Shown: positions 23,771-35,277, counted from the first letter of the stretch. The stretch is 64,000 nt of DNA from Blepharisma stoltei ATCC 30299 (GCA_965603825.1 CBFDEM010000015.1:558001-622000), one strand, 5' to 3'. Notes: generated by a model not told the origin, from the letters alone. Made by a program: numbers and translations.

Positions 23771-24406
23771 TTATCAATCATTTTTATAAGCATGTGTTGG
23801 AATACTAAAAAACTTTGCCGGCATCATCCCAAATTTCTGCACAAATTCAGTAAATCTATAGCACAAATGCGTCTGGTTTTCATATTCCATAAAAATTTCC
23901 CTATGGAAAAAATAAGTGTGTGCAAAAAGTCTATAAAGCCTTCTTACAATATTTACTAAAAGTTTGGTTGAGTTTATAGGGATGCTTATACGGGTATTAA
24001 AATTTCTGCTTGACTGTAAAATTGAGGTCGCGTTATCTAGAGTATGAGTCATATAATCTATTGCAGAACATTCTTTAGGCTTCTTATGTGAAGCGCATAA
24101 ATACATTGTATCTTCTCCTCCCCTCATATTCGGGCACATATCAGGAACACAAATCCCTTGCAAATTCACTATAAGTCTGTTTAGCTCTACAATAAACTGC
24201 CTTATATGCTCATATTGTCACACAGCTAAATCAATATCATGAGGTGGGTCACATATTCTTTCGACGTCACCAGGATTATTTCTGATTAGATCTTGTATAT
24301 ATTCCTGCACAGAAAAAGGCCCAGACATATTACAAAAATCATCGAGCTTCCACGCCCACATCTCCTTAGTCCTCGTTCCTGGCTTATTTCTTTTCAATCT
24401 ATTCAT
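23771..24406 (-). CDS. MOB4: MOB4/phocein (STRIPAK component)
   Basis: VQEYIQDLIR, AV(TGA=W)QYEHIRQF, YLCASHKKPKECSAIDY and RRLYRLFAHTYFFH. Ends TGA-TAA. Confidence 0.93.
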
Positions 24407-24440
24407 TTATTTACAGAATTCTCATCGAAATTATAAATAA

Positions 24441-24905
24441 ATGGGTTTTTGGGACTATTTTACTAGAACATTCGACGAACAAGAAAGCGTCAGTCAGCAG
24501 CCGACATTTCAATCGTCTGTAAAATCATCTAAAATTATATGCAAGCCAGATCAGGAAGGCCAAATGAGATGCACAAAATGCACAACAACAAAAGGAAGTG
24601 ATGAAAATGGTTCCTGAGTCGAAGAAGACTATGAAGAACTGCCTTATAATGAAGGTTTTAAAGGGGGGTATGAAGTAGAAGATGAAATTTTTAAGGAAAT
24701 GGAAAATATGATGCAGAGGTTTATGAGACCTTTTATGGATTTTGATAGAGAAGAGGGTGGATTACCGTCATTTTTTAGAGGATTTTCGTTTAGAGAGGGA
24801 AGTGGGCAGGAAGATAGATATTTTGGGTATAGAGAACAGAAAAAGCCTTATGGGTATGATGAAGGACAGCATGGATTTGGGAATGCGAGATTTGGGGAAG
24901 GATAG
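24441..24905 (+). CDS. Hypothetical Gly/Phe-rich protein
   Basis: ATG 24441 (MGFWDYFTR) is in frame with ORF 24699-24905 through one TGA. Confidence 0.6.
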
Positions 24906-25388
24906 CAATATTTATGATGACTAAATAACGTAAATTAAATTAAGAAATTTAGATGAGTTATACCTTTCCACTGATAATGAGAAAGCCAAATATCATTTTT
25001 TTAAAATTATAATAGTAAAATTATTACTATTTATATGGAATTATTTGTAAAAGCTCGCTAGCTAATTTTCAAGCATTAGATCTTACCTGTTTCTTGTGCA
25101 TCTACTATAGGAAAATTTAATTTAATTCAAGCTAAAACTCCCAAGGGAGTCATTATCTCTTATATTCACAATATAGTTTCCAGAATGAGCTTAGTTATAA
25201 CGCTGACGACTAAAAATAGGCTAATACAATAAAAAATTAAAACATCATTTATTTTTAATAACTAAAAAGTTCAAAAATTGAATTCTCAAAGTAAGACTGT
25301 TTCTGATAAATAAATTACAGTCCATTTTATACCATTCTTTATATTGATAAAAATGATATTTAATCATAAATTCATTGGAGAATTATAA

Positions 25389-26393
25389 ATGGAAATTAAC
25401 TCAATAACCGGAGCGGTAATTCACAAACTCGGCGATCTTGACTCCATTGTAATTGAACAAGTTCCAGTGCCCCATCTTGAAGACTCCCAAATTTTAGTCA
25501 GGATGGAATGTGCCCCTATCAATGTCAGTGACATCTTAAAAGCAATGGGAAATTATTCGACTACTCAGCCAAATTGTATACTTGGCATTGAAGGAAGTGG
25601 GACTGTAGTTAAAAGCGGAATCGATGAGTACTCCCAATCTCTTGTCGCAAAAAGGGTCGCAGTTACAGCTTCTGTGCCAAGATTCGGCACTTTTGCGGAT
25701 TATTTAGTCACTTCTGCTTTTTCTGCATTTCCCTTAAAAGATCATATTACCTTTGAACAAGGAGCCAGTTTAGTCATAAACCCTGTGACTGTTGCATATA
25801 TGGTTAAAAAAATTAAAGAAGGAAACCATACTTCTGTAATTATCAATGCTGCAGCTTCAGCTTTAGGGAAAATGCTTATTAGATGGTGCGATCTATTAAA
25901 TGTTGCAACAATTAATTTAGTTAGAAGACAAGAACAGGTCGACACTTTAGCTGGTATTGGTGCTAAGCATATATTTAACACTTCAGTGCCTGGCTGGAAG
26001 GAGGAAGCGCAATCTCTGACTAACCAATTAGGAACCAAAATAGGTTTTGATGCAATCGCAGGGAGTGCGACAGAAGATATGCTGCAATTGCTAACAGAAA
26101 AAGGAGTTGTATATGTATATGGGGTACTTTCTGGACAGCCAGCTGAAGGCAACCCAATGACTCTAGCTGGAGGAGATAAATCAATTAAAGGACTCATGTA
26201 TGGCAGAATGTTCAAAGGCTTGTCTATAGAGCAAAAGCTTGAAATCGGAAATGAGATTCAAGACTTAATTGGAGATGCATTGAAGACTGATTATCAGTCT
26301 GAGGTGGCACTAGATGATGCTAAAGATGCTTTGAAACAATATGCTGCTAAAAAAACTGATTCAAAATATCTAGTCAGAGTCAGAAGATCTTAA
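25389..26393 (+). CDS. Zinc-free MDR oxidoreductase (quinone/enoyl reductase-like), copy 1
   Basis: CAPINVSD, GIEGSG and INAAASALGKML motifs; no Zn-ligand Cys/His; 334 aa. Confidence 0.92.
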   Translation: MEINSITGAVIHKLGDLDSIVIEQVPVPHLEDSQILVRMECAPINVSDILKAMGNYSTTQPNCILGIEGSGTVVKSGIDEYSQSLVAKRVAVTASVPRFGTFADYLVTSAFSAFPLKDHITFEQGASLVINPVTVAYMVKKIKEGNHTSVIINAAASALGKMLIRWCDLLNVATINLVRRQEQVDTLAGIGAKHIFNTSVPGWKEEAQSLTNQLGTKIGFDAIAGSATEDMLQLLTEKGVVYVYGVLSGQPAEGNPMTLAGGDKSIKGLMYGRMFKGLSIEQKLEIGNEIQDLIGDALKTDYQSEVALDDAKDALKQYAAKKTDSKYLVRVRRS

Positions 26394-26759
26394 AATAAAT
26401 AAATTTTATTCATAAATTAACCACTTTTCATTTAGCTGGAGTTAAATTTATAGAAATATTTATAGATATGGCAACATAACCGATTTCATATACAATTCGG
26501 ACTCTCTATAAGTAATTTCAAAGAGCATTGAATAAAACTTCTTAGCCTTACCCCAAGTCGTATCAAAACCCATTGACCCAACTCCTGCAAAAAGACCACC
26601 GTGGCCAGTGTACCAGGATTTTATTTTAGCAAGGAAAGATTCCAGCACGGCGATAAAATTTTTGAAAGGGAGAAATCATACATTTCCAGGGAAATCACGA
26701 ATTAAATGAAACCTTTAAACTTGTCAAGTCTGTAATGAAGGAAAAGACGACGTTGAGTT

Positions 26760-26910
26760 CGGGCTGACCAAACTTGAAGGTTGAAATGTTGGTGTTAAAG
26801 CAGCTTTTAAACGATATGCTGCTAAAACCTGATTCAGATACCCAGCCCAGTGTTAGTATAGGTCAGCAATAAAAAGTTTTAAATTTATTTATAAAATAAC
26901 CTGCTTTTTT
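26760..26910 (+). pseudogene. Decayed remnant of an MDR 3' end and its 3' flank
   Basis: ggtgttaaagcagcttttaaacgatatgctgctaaaacctgattcag resembles gatgctaaagatgctttgaaacaatatgctgctaaaaaaactgattcaa of copy 1. The downstream flank is also similar. Confidence 0.6.
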
Positions 26911-27016
26911 AATAATAACCAAAGCTTAAGCATCTATTAACCAAATAAAAAAAGCTATCTAAATTTTTATTTTATTCTCTACCTTATAATAGAAATTTCA
27001 TAATCTTAATTCAGAA

Positions 27017-27418
27017 ATGGGGGATATTGAAGCATATGCTAAGCTTGAAGGCCCAGAAGTCCAAGCTTACATTCAAGAACTTAAAGTTACTTTAGGGAGA
27101 AAACAAAGTGGTAAAGGCGTCTTACACATAGGCGACCATAAAAAAATCTCAAAAGAGCATGCAGAGATATCCTGATCCCAAGAAAAAAGAAAATTTCAAA
27201 TAAAATGCTTAAGCAAAAATTCTTTAAGAGTTAACAAGCGGAAAGTAGACTTAGAATCTCCACCTGTTGATTTAGAAAACAAAGACGCGATTCGGATAGC
27301 AAATACTTGTTTTTATTTTCTACTGCCGATTGATAGCCCGCCTCAACAGACACCATCTTCAGAAACTCAATTCCACGGGGTAACAAATGAACCAAAAGAT
27401 ATTACAATTTCATCATAA
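27017..27418 (+). CDS. Stand-alone FHA-domain protein (FOXK/Fhl1-type FHA); absent from ORF track
   Basis: MGDIEAYAKLEG..VTLGRK..KKISKEHAEISW(TGA 27173)..FQIKCLSKNSLRVN..IRIANTCFYFLLP; ends TAA 27416-27418. Confidence 0.88.
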
Positions 27419-27501
27419 ATAAATATAAAAATATTCAATAATTTCAGCATTAATTTCAACATAAAAAATTATTCAAAAAACCTATTAAAGTCCAAAGAAA
27501 A

Positions 27502-28216
27502 TTAATTTAATCGCATCCTACACATAGGACATATCCCTTTTACTGAAACCCAATCTTTTAAGCATTTTACGTGAAAATTATGTTCGCATGGGAGCACTAT
27601 GCATTTTACGTCAGCTTTAATCTCATCTAAACAAATAGAACATAAGCCTTCTTTTTGAGGGATTTTCATATAGGTTTCTAACTGTTCAGCAGTTAGCTAA
27701 ATAAAAAGTTACAACATAAGTAGGTGGGGCTGGATTTGACATTAGATTTCTTAATTCCTTGAAATACATGGCTGTATAGATCAGCCCAGCAAGGACTTTT
27801 ATGTAGCCTATATTTATCAAAATTGTCCCCAAAATTCCTGTTGGTTTATCCCAACAGCTTGAATTGCCTGTTAAGCCTGCAGACAAAGCGATGACCATAA
27901 TAAATCTGAAGCTATATAAATTTTACCTTTCATAACTGAGCTGTATAGAACGCACGAAGTAAGGAGATAAGCGGCCAGCATGGCGGAAACATTTGCGGAT
28001 AAGTAAGGAACATAAAAATATAAATTCAATAGCTTCGATAATGGAGTATATAATTAAGAATAAATCTATTGTTTCTCCACAGTCTGAGGGAAGCAAAATT
28101 AGTATAATAGCGATGCTGATAATTTTGGCTAGTGTGTAGCATAAATAAAACACAAGGACTTCTTTACTTTTACATTCAGGAAATCCTGGTAATAGCTGCG
28201 AGCTTCCTGTTTCCAT
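27502..28216 (-). CDS. Multi-TM RING-H2 E3 ubiquitin ligase
   Basis: Hydrophobic segments; after removing introns 27912-27926 and 27697-27712 it ends CSICLDEI..LPCEHNFHVKCLKDW..CPMCRMRLN-TAA. Confidence 0.9.
27697..27712 (-). other. 16-nt intron GTAACTTTTTATTTAG
   Basis: Needed to bring the RING-H2 domain into frame. Confidence 0.88.
27912..27926 (-). other. 15-nt intron GTAAAATTTATATAG
   Basis: Contains an in-frame TAA; removal joins ORFs 27923-28216 and 27686-27898. Confidence 0.88.
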
Positions 28217-28542
28217 TTATTATATGTCGGAAGAAATGTAACTTATAATTTATTAAACTCTGATGCAATTTAAAAAGAAGTAGATAAAATTAAAGCGAAA
28301 TATAATAATAGATGGGCTAATAAAAATTTTGAATGGATTATAATAAAATACTTTAATAAACTTAATCTAAAATGATAATTTTGAAATTTGAGCTTAAAGG
28401 AGTCAATAAATTTTAAATTCTATGGAACTATTTTTCATTACAAAAAGGAAAAAAAAGCTTGTTAAGAAAAATTTGTAATTTTGACTAAAGCTTTCTTTAG
28501 AGACCACAAACTTCATAGTATCAATTTCATTTTTATAATTAG

Positions 28543-29032
28543 ATTATAAGCAGTCTTAAAAAATAAACATTTCCCGCACATAATGGTGCTTTTGCGCCAA
28601 AATTTGGAAGTGCTTATCCTGTCAATTCTGAAAGGAGTTGCAGTATGAGAGGAGATTTTGCGTCAGCGGTAGTCTCTTCGGTGCTGAATCCATGGAGTGT
28701 AGGAGTTGAAGCGAAGATGGAAGCATGGTGCAATGGACGATGGCATGGAGACAGCACATGATGATCCAAAATGTTAAAAAATGTTAAACTGAAGAAAATA
28801 AAATTTTAGTGAACCTTGAAGATACCTAAATTGTCAATTGAGTTGATGCTAGAGTTGTAGCTGGATCTAATGCTGCAGTAATGCTTGTGTTTTTTCCTGG
28901 AATCGTTGATGTTGTTGCCGCTACATTGATGATACTGCAAAAGACTTATTGATTTTAATTATGAGAAATAAAAACTAAAGGCACCTCGGGTGCGATAAAG
29001 CATAATTTATTATTATTATAAGCAGTCTTAAA
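28543..29032. mobile_element. 454-bp insert (28561-29014) flanked by perfect 18-bp direct repeats; candidate retroposed element or retained IES-like segment
   Basis: ATTATAAGCAGTCTTAAA occurs at 28543-28560 and 29015-29032. The interior is visibly GC-richer than the flanks, with hairpin GCACC-TCG-GGTGC at 28981-28993 and a (TTA)n run before the right repeat. Confidence 0.55.
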
Positions 29033-30443
29033 GGATTTAGAAAAGAAATTTGAAAATATTAGAATTAATCCTCATTTTTGACTAGCTGATACTATCACTA
29101 AGTTTATAGAGAATTTACATTGAAACTAAATTATAATTTTAACTAATGCAGGGACTATGACTCTGAGTTATTGAAAAAATCAGATGAATTAATTGGAAAA
29201 ATTAATTCAGATGTATTTCTAAGAAATTTACCAGTAATTAGTGGTTAGTTTTTGAGAAGAATCACAATATTATGCCAAGTTAATTATCTGGAATTTTGAG
29301 AATTAAAAGGCTATGATAACTGAGTATTTTGGACTTCCAAACCCAGCAATTGGCTTTTTAAGCTCTCCTGCTTTATTTTGTATTAATTCCTTTACTTTTC
29401 ATATACAAAATAACGCGAAGTTAATTTTATCATGTAAGGCTAATTTAAATATCTAGGTCTTGCACATGAATATTTCGATTATTAAGAGATTCAAGTGCAA
29501 TTCGGATGCCACTATAAGTTTCTCAATCTATATTAAAGTAATTTTACTTTATAAGGTTAAAATCTGAAATGAGTGATATGACGTATCTACCAAGTTCATT
29601 TTTATAAAATGAGCTCTTTCGAATTTTAATAAAAATTTGGCTATAATTGTTCTTAACAATCAATGGCAAAAGAATTAACAATTTAGCTAAAACAGCTAAT
29701 TATTGTCAAGAAATTCAAATTTAATCACTATATTAAATTTTTTTTAAACATTAAATAAATAATATAGTGCTTCAATGACTCTTTACGCTGATTTCTGCTT
29801 TCCCTAAGATTAAAATATTAAATTTTAATGTTTTATCATTTGAGTTTAGATGAAAAATTGAAGACTATAGCAATTATCGAGACACTCTTAACTTCTCTAT
29901 GAGCTCTTACAAAAGATTAAGCTGATGCTATCACTTTTAAATTATGTTTAATGGATTTTCCTAGGGTGGCTTAAGCTCTAGGACTGCCTAATAGGATTGT
30001 GTGAAGATATAGATTTTTAATTGAAAAATCTCAGTTAACTGTATGTAAGAAACAAAAATAAGACAGGAAAGCTTTGCTATAAATTATAGATTATTAGAAA
30101 AGTTCAAGATACGGCCTTTTAGTGTGCTTATTTATCATTCAATAAACGAAATCAAACGAAGAAGAAGTTGGCAACAAATAAAAAAAAGAAATAAATCAAG
30201 AGATATTATTTAAGTCATAATAAATCGGATATATGCAGCACATTATTATAATTAATTTTCTATTGTTTAGTTCTCTTAAAAACCAGATTTTTCTTAAGTA
30301 CTTGAAACTCTTATTAAATTCGTATATTCATCAAATGCCCAGCCCTCTGAATATAAACGCACCCTCAAAAAAATCCCAAATCTATTAATTTCTTCATTAT
30401 CATAATTACGATAAATTTCAATAACTTTTACATATTAAATTAA

Positions 30444-32885
30444 ATGTTCAGAGGCGAGTCCTTTCCCTATGAAAAGCGCCCACCCAGTACTTCTGGCTCT
30501 TTATCCGGAAGTTCCTATCAATCCTACCCTCTACACTCAAATGACGCCCGAGGTAATTTTAAAGTTGTAATAAGAGTCCGGCCACCTTTGCCAAGAGAAA
30601 TCGACCCAGTCCACGGTTTCCGCAGCATAATTGAAGTTTCTCCTGACAATAAGCGAATAACCCTACAAGAATACCTAGGTGCAGCCGCCAATGATGAAGA
30701 AAGAGAACTCGACATCTCCGAAAACCCCGGACTCGCCACTTTCCATCATTTTACCTTTGACTATGTCTATGACCAAGACTCCACACAGGTCCAAGTATAT
30801 GATAGAACTGCCAGACAGGCAGTTTTATCAGTTCTAGAAGGCTACAACGCAACTTTATTAGCCTACGGACAAACAGGTACAGGGAAAACTTATACAATGG
30901 AAGGCTTTAAATATAACTCGACTGACCCACAACGTGGGATTGTTCCTCGTGCAAGTGAAGAAATTTTCAAAATCATTGAATCTTCACAGAGCCAAAATGT
31001 TACATTTATGGTGAGGGCGAGCTATTTACAAATTTATAATGAATTTATATCAGATCTGCTGAAACCGGAACGAGGGACATTACAGATAAGAGAAGAAAAA
31101 AGACGAGGGGTGTTTGTGGAAGGACTGAGTGAATGGGCCGTGAGGTCGGCGACTGATATTTGTTCACTTATGCAGAAAGGAGAAATGACGAGGGCGACGG
31201 CTTCTACGAAAATGAATGATTTGAGCAGCCGCAGCCATGCGGTTTTTATTATAATTGTGGAGCATATGATGACGACTGAGCTGGAAGGGTCTGATGACAT
31301 TTCTAAAGACATTAAAGTTGGGAAACTTAACCTTGTCGATCTTGCTGGGAGTGAAAGAGTTAGGCTGACTGGAGCTACTGGAAAACGTCTAGAAGAATCT
31401 AAAAAAATCAACCAAAGCTTATCAGCACTTGGAAATGTGATTGCAGCTCTTACAGACACCAAGCCAAGGACTCATATCCCTTATAGAGACTCCAAGCTGA
31501 CCCGTCTATTAGAAGACTCTTTAGGTGGGAACTGCATAACTACCATGATGGCCATGATTTCCCCTTCCAACGACTCTTTTGGTGAATCTTTATCTACTGT
31601 AAAATTCGCTAATCGTGCCAAAAACATCAAAAATGCCCCTCGAATCAATGAAGATGTGGACCAAAAAACCCTTATAAGGAAATATGAAGTAGAGCTCGCC
31701 AAGCTTCGTCACGAATTAGATGCCAAAAACCGTAGCATGTATGATATGGAAAAAGTCATTGAGCTTGAAGACCAGCGCAAGCAAGCTGAAGCAGACAAAG
31801 AAGCCGCCATAGAAGCTTTAGAAATGAGGTCAAAAGAATTTTTAATAGAAAAAGAAGAAAAAAGAAAGCTTGAAGAAAGGATCAAAATGATGAATTCCCA
31901 GCTGCTCGTAGGAGGCAAAAAACTTGAAGAAACCCCACAGTTTATTATTGCGTTAGAAGAAAAACAAAAAGCCATAAGAAAAGAATATGAAGGGAGGCTG
32001 CAAGAAATAGAGCAGGAGCGGCAACAAATTGAAGAAGATAAAGCGCAGATTGATAGGTATAAACAGTTATTGTTAAGGCAAAGGGATATTATGATAGCGC
32101 TGACTGCTAGGCTTAATGAAAGAGATGATACCATTATACAGCTACAAGAGGAGCTAGACGCTTATGATAGAATCCATAGAGAGACTGAAGAAAATTTAGA
32201 ATACCAAACAGCCAGATGTCAACAGCTAGAAGATTTATTGAAAAATCATGGCATGAATGTACCGACTGCTGAAATCCCTGAATCCAACCATTATAAAGAA
32301 CCTAAAAGATACCCGCCTTATTCTACTGATACAGTCACTTTGGACAATGAAAGCTTCCTGCCTTTACAAATGCTGACAAGTGAAGAAAAAATTGCTGAAT
32401 TGACCCAAATTATAGAAAACCAAAAAGGAGAAATTGACAGGCTTATTGGGAGTATTAATGCCTATAAGCAGCCTGTAGAGCCGAAATCAAGAGATGTGCA
32501 GGCAAATTTGACGTCTTTGCAGGCTAGTAATGAAAGGTATTTGGCAGAAAAACAAGCAATAAGTGGGATTTTGGAAAATGACGTACTAAAGTATATAGAA
32601 GAAATTTATGAAGGGGTTAGAGGGAATAGCATTCCACCAAATCAGCTGCTTCAAGAAATGCAGGGCTTATTCCAGTCAGTGTCTCAAGCTTTATCTATAG
32701 TAAAAAATGAAAAAAGTAGCAGAAATGTCCAGTTGAGGATACCCACACAGTCAGCGCCGGTCAAGGAAAATAATCCTCCACAGATTGTGCAGCAGAAAGA
32801 AAAAGTGGGGAATGGGAGGAGGCCATTAACGGTGGATGAAATGCTGATGATGAAACGCCAAGAACAGCAAAGGAAAAGAGAATAA
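30444..32885 (+). CDS. N-terminal-motor kinesin with coiled-coil stalk
   Basis: VVIRVRP, AYGQTGTGKT, SSRSH, LVDLAGSER and HIPYRDSKLTRLL motifs. Confidence 0.97.
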   Translation: MFRGESFPYEKRPPSTSGSLSGSSYQSYPLHSNDARGNFKVVIRVRPPLPREIDPVHGFRSIIEVSPDNKRITLQEYLGAAANDEERELDISENPGLATFHHFTFDYVYDQDSTQVQVYDRTARQAVLSVLEGYNATLLAYGQTGTGKTYTMEGFKYNSTDPQRGIVPRASEEIFKIIESSQSQNVTFMVRASYLQIYNEFISDLLKPERGTLQIREEKRRGVFVEGLSEWAVRSATDICSLMQKGEMTRATASTKMNDLSSRSHAVFIIIVEHMMTTELEGSDDISKDIKVGKLNLVDLAGSERVRLTGATGKRLEESKKINQSLSALGNVIAALTDTKPRTHIPYRDSKLTRLLEDSLGGNCITTMMAMISPSNDSFGESLSTVKFANRAKNIKNAPRINEDVDQKTLIRKYEVELAKLRHELDAKNRSMYDMEKVIELEDQRKQAEADKEAAIEALEMRSKEFLIEKEEKRKLEERIKMMNSQLLVGGKKLEETPQFIIALEEKQKAIRKEYEGRLQEIEQERQQIEEDKAQIDRYKQLLLRQRDIMIALTARLNERDDTIIQLQEELDAYDRIHRETEENLEYQTARCQQLEDLLKNHGMNVPTAEIPESNHYKEPKRYPPYSTDTVTLDNESFLPLQMLTSEEKIAELTQIIENQKGEIDRLIGSINAYKQPVEPKSRDVQANLTSLQASNERYLAEKQAISGILENDVLKYIEEIYEGVRGNSIPPNQLLQEMQGLFQSVSQALSIVKNEKSSRNVQLRIPTQSAPVKENNPPQIVQQKEKVGNGRRPLTVDEMLMMKRQEQQRKRE

Positions 32886-33433
32886 ATTTAATGAAAATTT
32901 AAGTTAATTGTGATAAGTTATGAAAAGTGTTGGGCATTATATTTTGTAAAATTTTGGTATGATTGTATTTAATTTGAATTTTTAATTGATATTGCATTGG
33001 AGCTAAATTTGTAATTTTTGTAAAATGGGGCGAGGATAAATATAATATGGTTTTTTAGCCATCCTCAAAAACTGTAAAGAAGAAGCTGCATGCATTGATT
33101 ACTACAGAAGCATGGCGACCTTCTTTTAGCTTTTCGATCATACAAGCAACTATCATAAGGTTCGATGCACTTTTAATTAAACTTTATTGGCAAAATGCTA
33201 GTATTTGCACTTAATCGAATCCAATTGTTTCTACTTTGTCCAGAAAGCAACAATTTTGCGAGAAAATCCTCAATATTAATATATTTTTTTCCTAAAAAGT
33301 TAGGGCTTTTCTTTTTCAGCATGATTAATTTTTGATATCTTACATTAATTGCTTTGAGTCCGAAAATATTTTTGTAGATGAAAATTAATCTCATAATTAT
33401 GCACATAAAATAGCTCATTCTCTAGCTCTATAA

Positions 33434-35277
33434 ATGGCTACTAAGCGATGTTTTGTGCAAAGCTGTGGGCTGGAAGTTCATTATGCATGCCTATGTTTGT
33501 CTCCTGAAATTTACTCGTGTGAATTCCATATCGGAGAGCATCTTAAAGTGCCTAAAAGGACCCATAACATTGTTTCTGTTTATCTCGAGCCTTGCACAGA
33601 GACAAAAGATGCAGTCCTTGGCTTTCTTCTAAAAGAAAAACTCAAAAAAGAAAAATTAAAAGCAAAGATTGCATCATCCTTCTCCCAAAATCTCTTCGTA
33701 TCAGAAAACAGTCTTGAAGAAAGCCTAAGAAAGTTAGATTCTGATTTATATGAAATTTCTAGCTGAATTGAAAAAATTTCTCAAACTCAAAAAATATCAA
33801 AATTCGATGAAGACCCGCTTTTACAGCTACTGACTTTAGAGCCTGGCTTAGCTTCTGAAAAAGTTAAAGAAATGATTCCAGCAGAATCAGAAACATATAA
33901 CAACGTTAAGTATTTTTGCAGTCTTAATAAAGAAATCGAGAAAATAATTGAAAATTACATCAAAAATAAATTTGAAGCACTTTTGGATAAAAAATTATCC
34001 AATTTAGAAAAAAGACTAGGCGAAAGTGATAAAAAAAATAATGAAAAGATAGAAAATGTGAATCATTCTATTTTAGAACTGGTATTTGAAAGTAAAAAGA
34101 ATAAAAAAATAATTGAAAATTTAAATCAAGAAAATCATCAAATCCAGATTGAATCTATTCAAACTCAACTGAATTCTGCTTTAAGTTTAATTAGAAAGAC
34201 TGAGACTGAAATGAATCAATTAAAGAGCCAGATAAATCAAAACATTTCACATCAATTATTAATTCTTCAAGAATTGCAGGCTAAAAAATCTGAAATTTTA
34301 AGCAGAACTAAAAATAGTCAAGAAATAGAGCAAGAGTTCAGAAAGACTTGCAAGTATCAGAGTCTTTATTCAAACTATAGCCCAATGATAAGCCAAGCTT
34401 ACCAGGAATATATCAATGCTTATCATCAAAACACATCTCTTTATCTGATTAAGATATGCTCTTAAGGATCTAAGTTATAGCTATTTTACCTAATCAATTC
34501 GTCTGAGACTCAAAATAATATTCAAACACCTCAAAGGGTATAATTAAACACAACGCTAATTTGATCATTTATGACACTGAAAATGAAAATGAGCATGTAG
34601 AAATTTTGGAAAATTTATCTATAGATGAAACAGGCTGCCTAACTTTAGTTCCAAACAGCAAATTATTAGATAGACATTACTTCCTAGATCTTATGACAGA
34701 TCATAACTATGAAGCTAGCAATCTGCCTTCAGGTCCTGAAATCTACTGCTACTCATCAGCTATATATTTTAACAGAAATATCTACTTCTTTGGAGGTTAC
34801 GTCCATGGTTTATGTCGTACAACATCTCTTAAATTTGATTTAGATAGAAATAAATGAATTGGATTAACTCCATTGCCAGAACCTGATCAATCTTGCCATA
34901 GTATAATAGTCAATAGAAATATTTTGATTTCTGGATTACGCAATAGACATCTTTTGCATTATTCAATTGATAATAACTCTTTTACAGTAATGCCTCATAA
35001 ATTTGCAGCGGATAAAAGAAAAATCCTTATCAATGTAGGGAAGTTGTATTTAATTGAGTGTGATGATGGGCATATATATGAAAGCTATTATATAGACGAA
35101 TATGGAAGCGATTTGAGTGGCGAACTGGCTTGGAGAGTAATAGGGAAATCGATAATCAATATTTCTCCTCTTCAAGTTTATTATACTTATAATAAAGGCG
35201 CAATTTATATCGCAACAGACTTGGACCAAAGATATTACAAGTTTGATTTAAATCTAAAAAAATTGACGAGGCTTTAA
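33434..35277 (+). pseudogene. Zn-finger + coiled-coil + Kelch-like beta-propeller gene, disrupted at about 34460-34560
   Basis: N-terminal CFVQSC..YACLC..SCEFHIGEH finger, open through TGA 33764 to TAA 34463-34465. The Kelch-like part (IYFFGG..KFDLDRNKW, TGA 34855) lies in another frame with upstream TAA stops, and I see no tiny intron to bridge them. Confidence 0.65.

Noticed and set aside
33047-33170. Possible relic of another Zn-finger head (KNCKEEAACI) upstream of the Kelch gene
   Set aside because: Too short and degenerate to support without alignment statistics.
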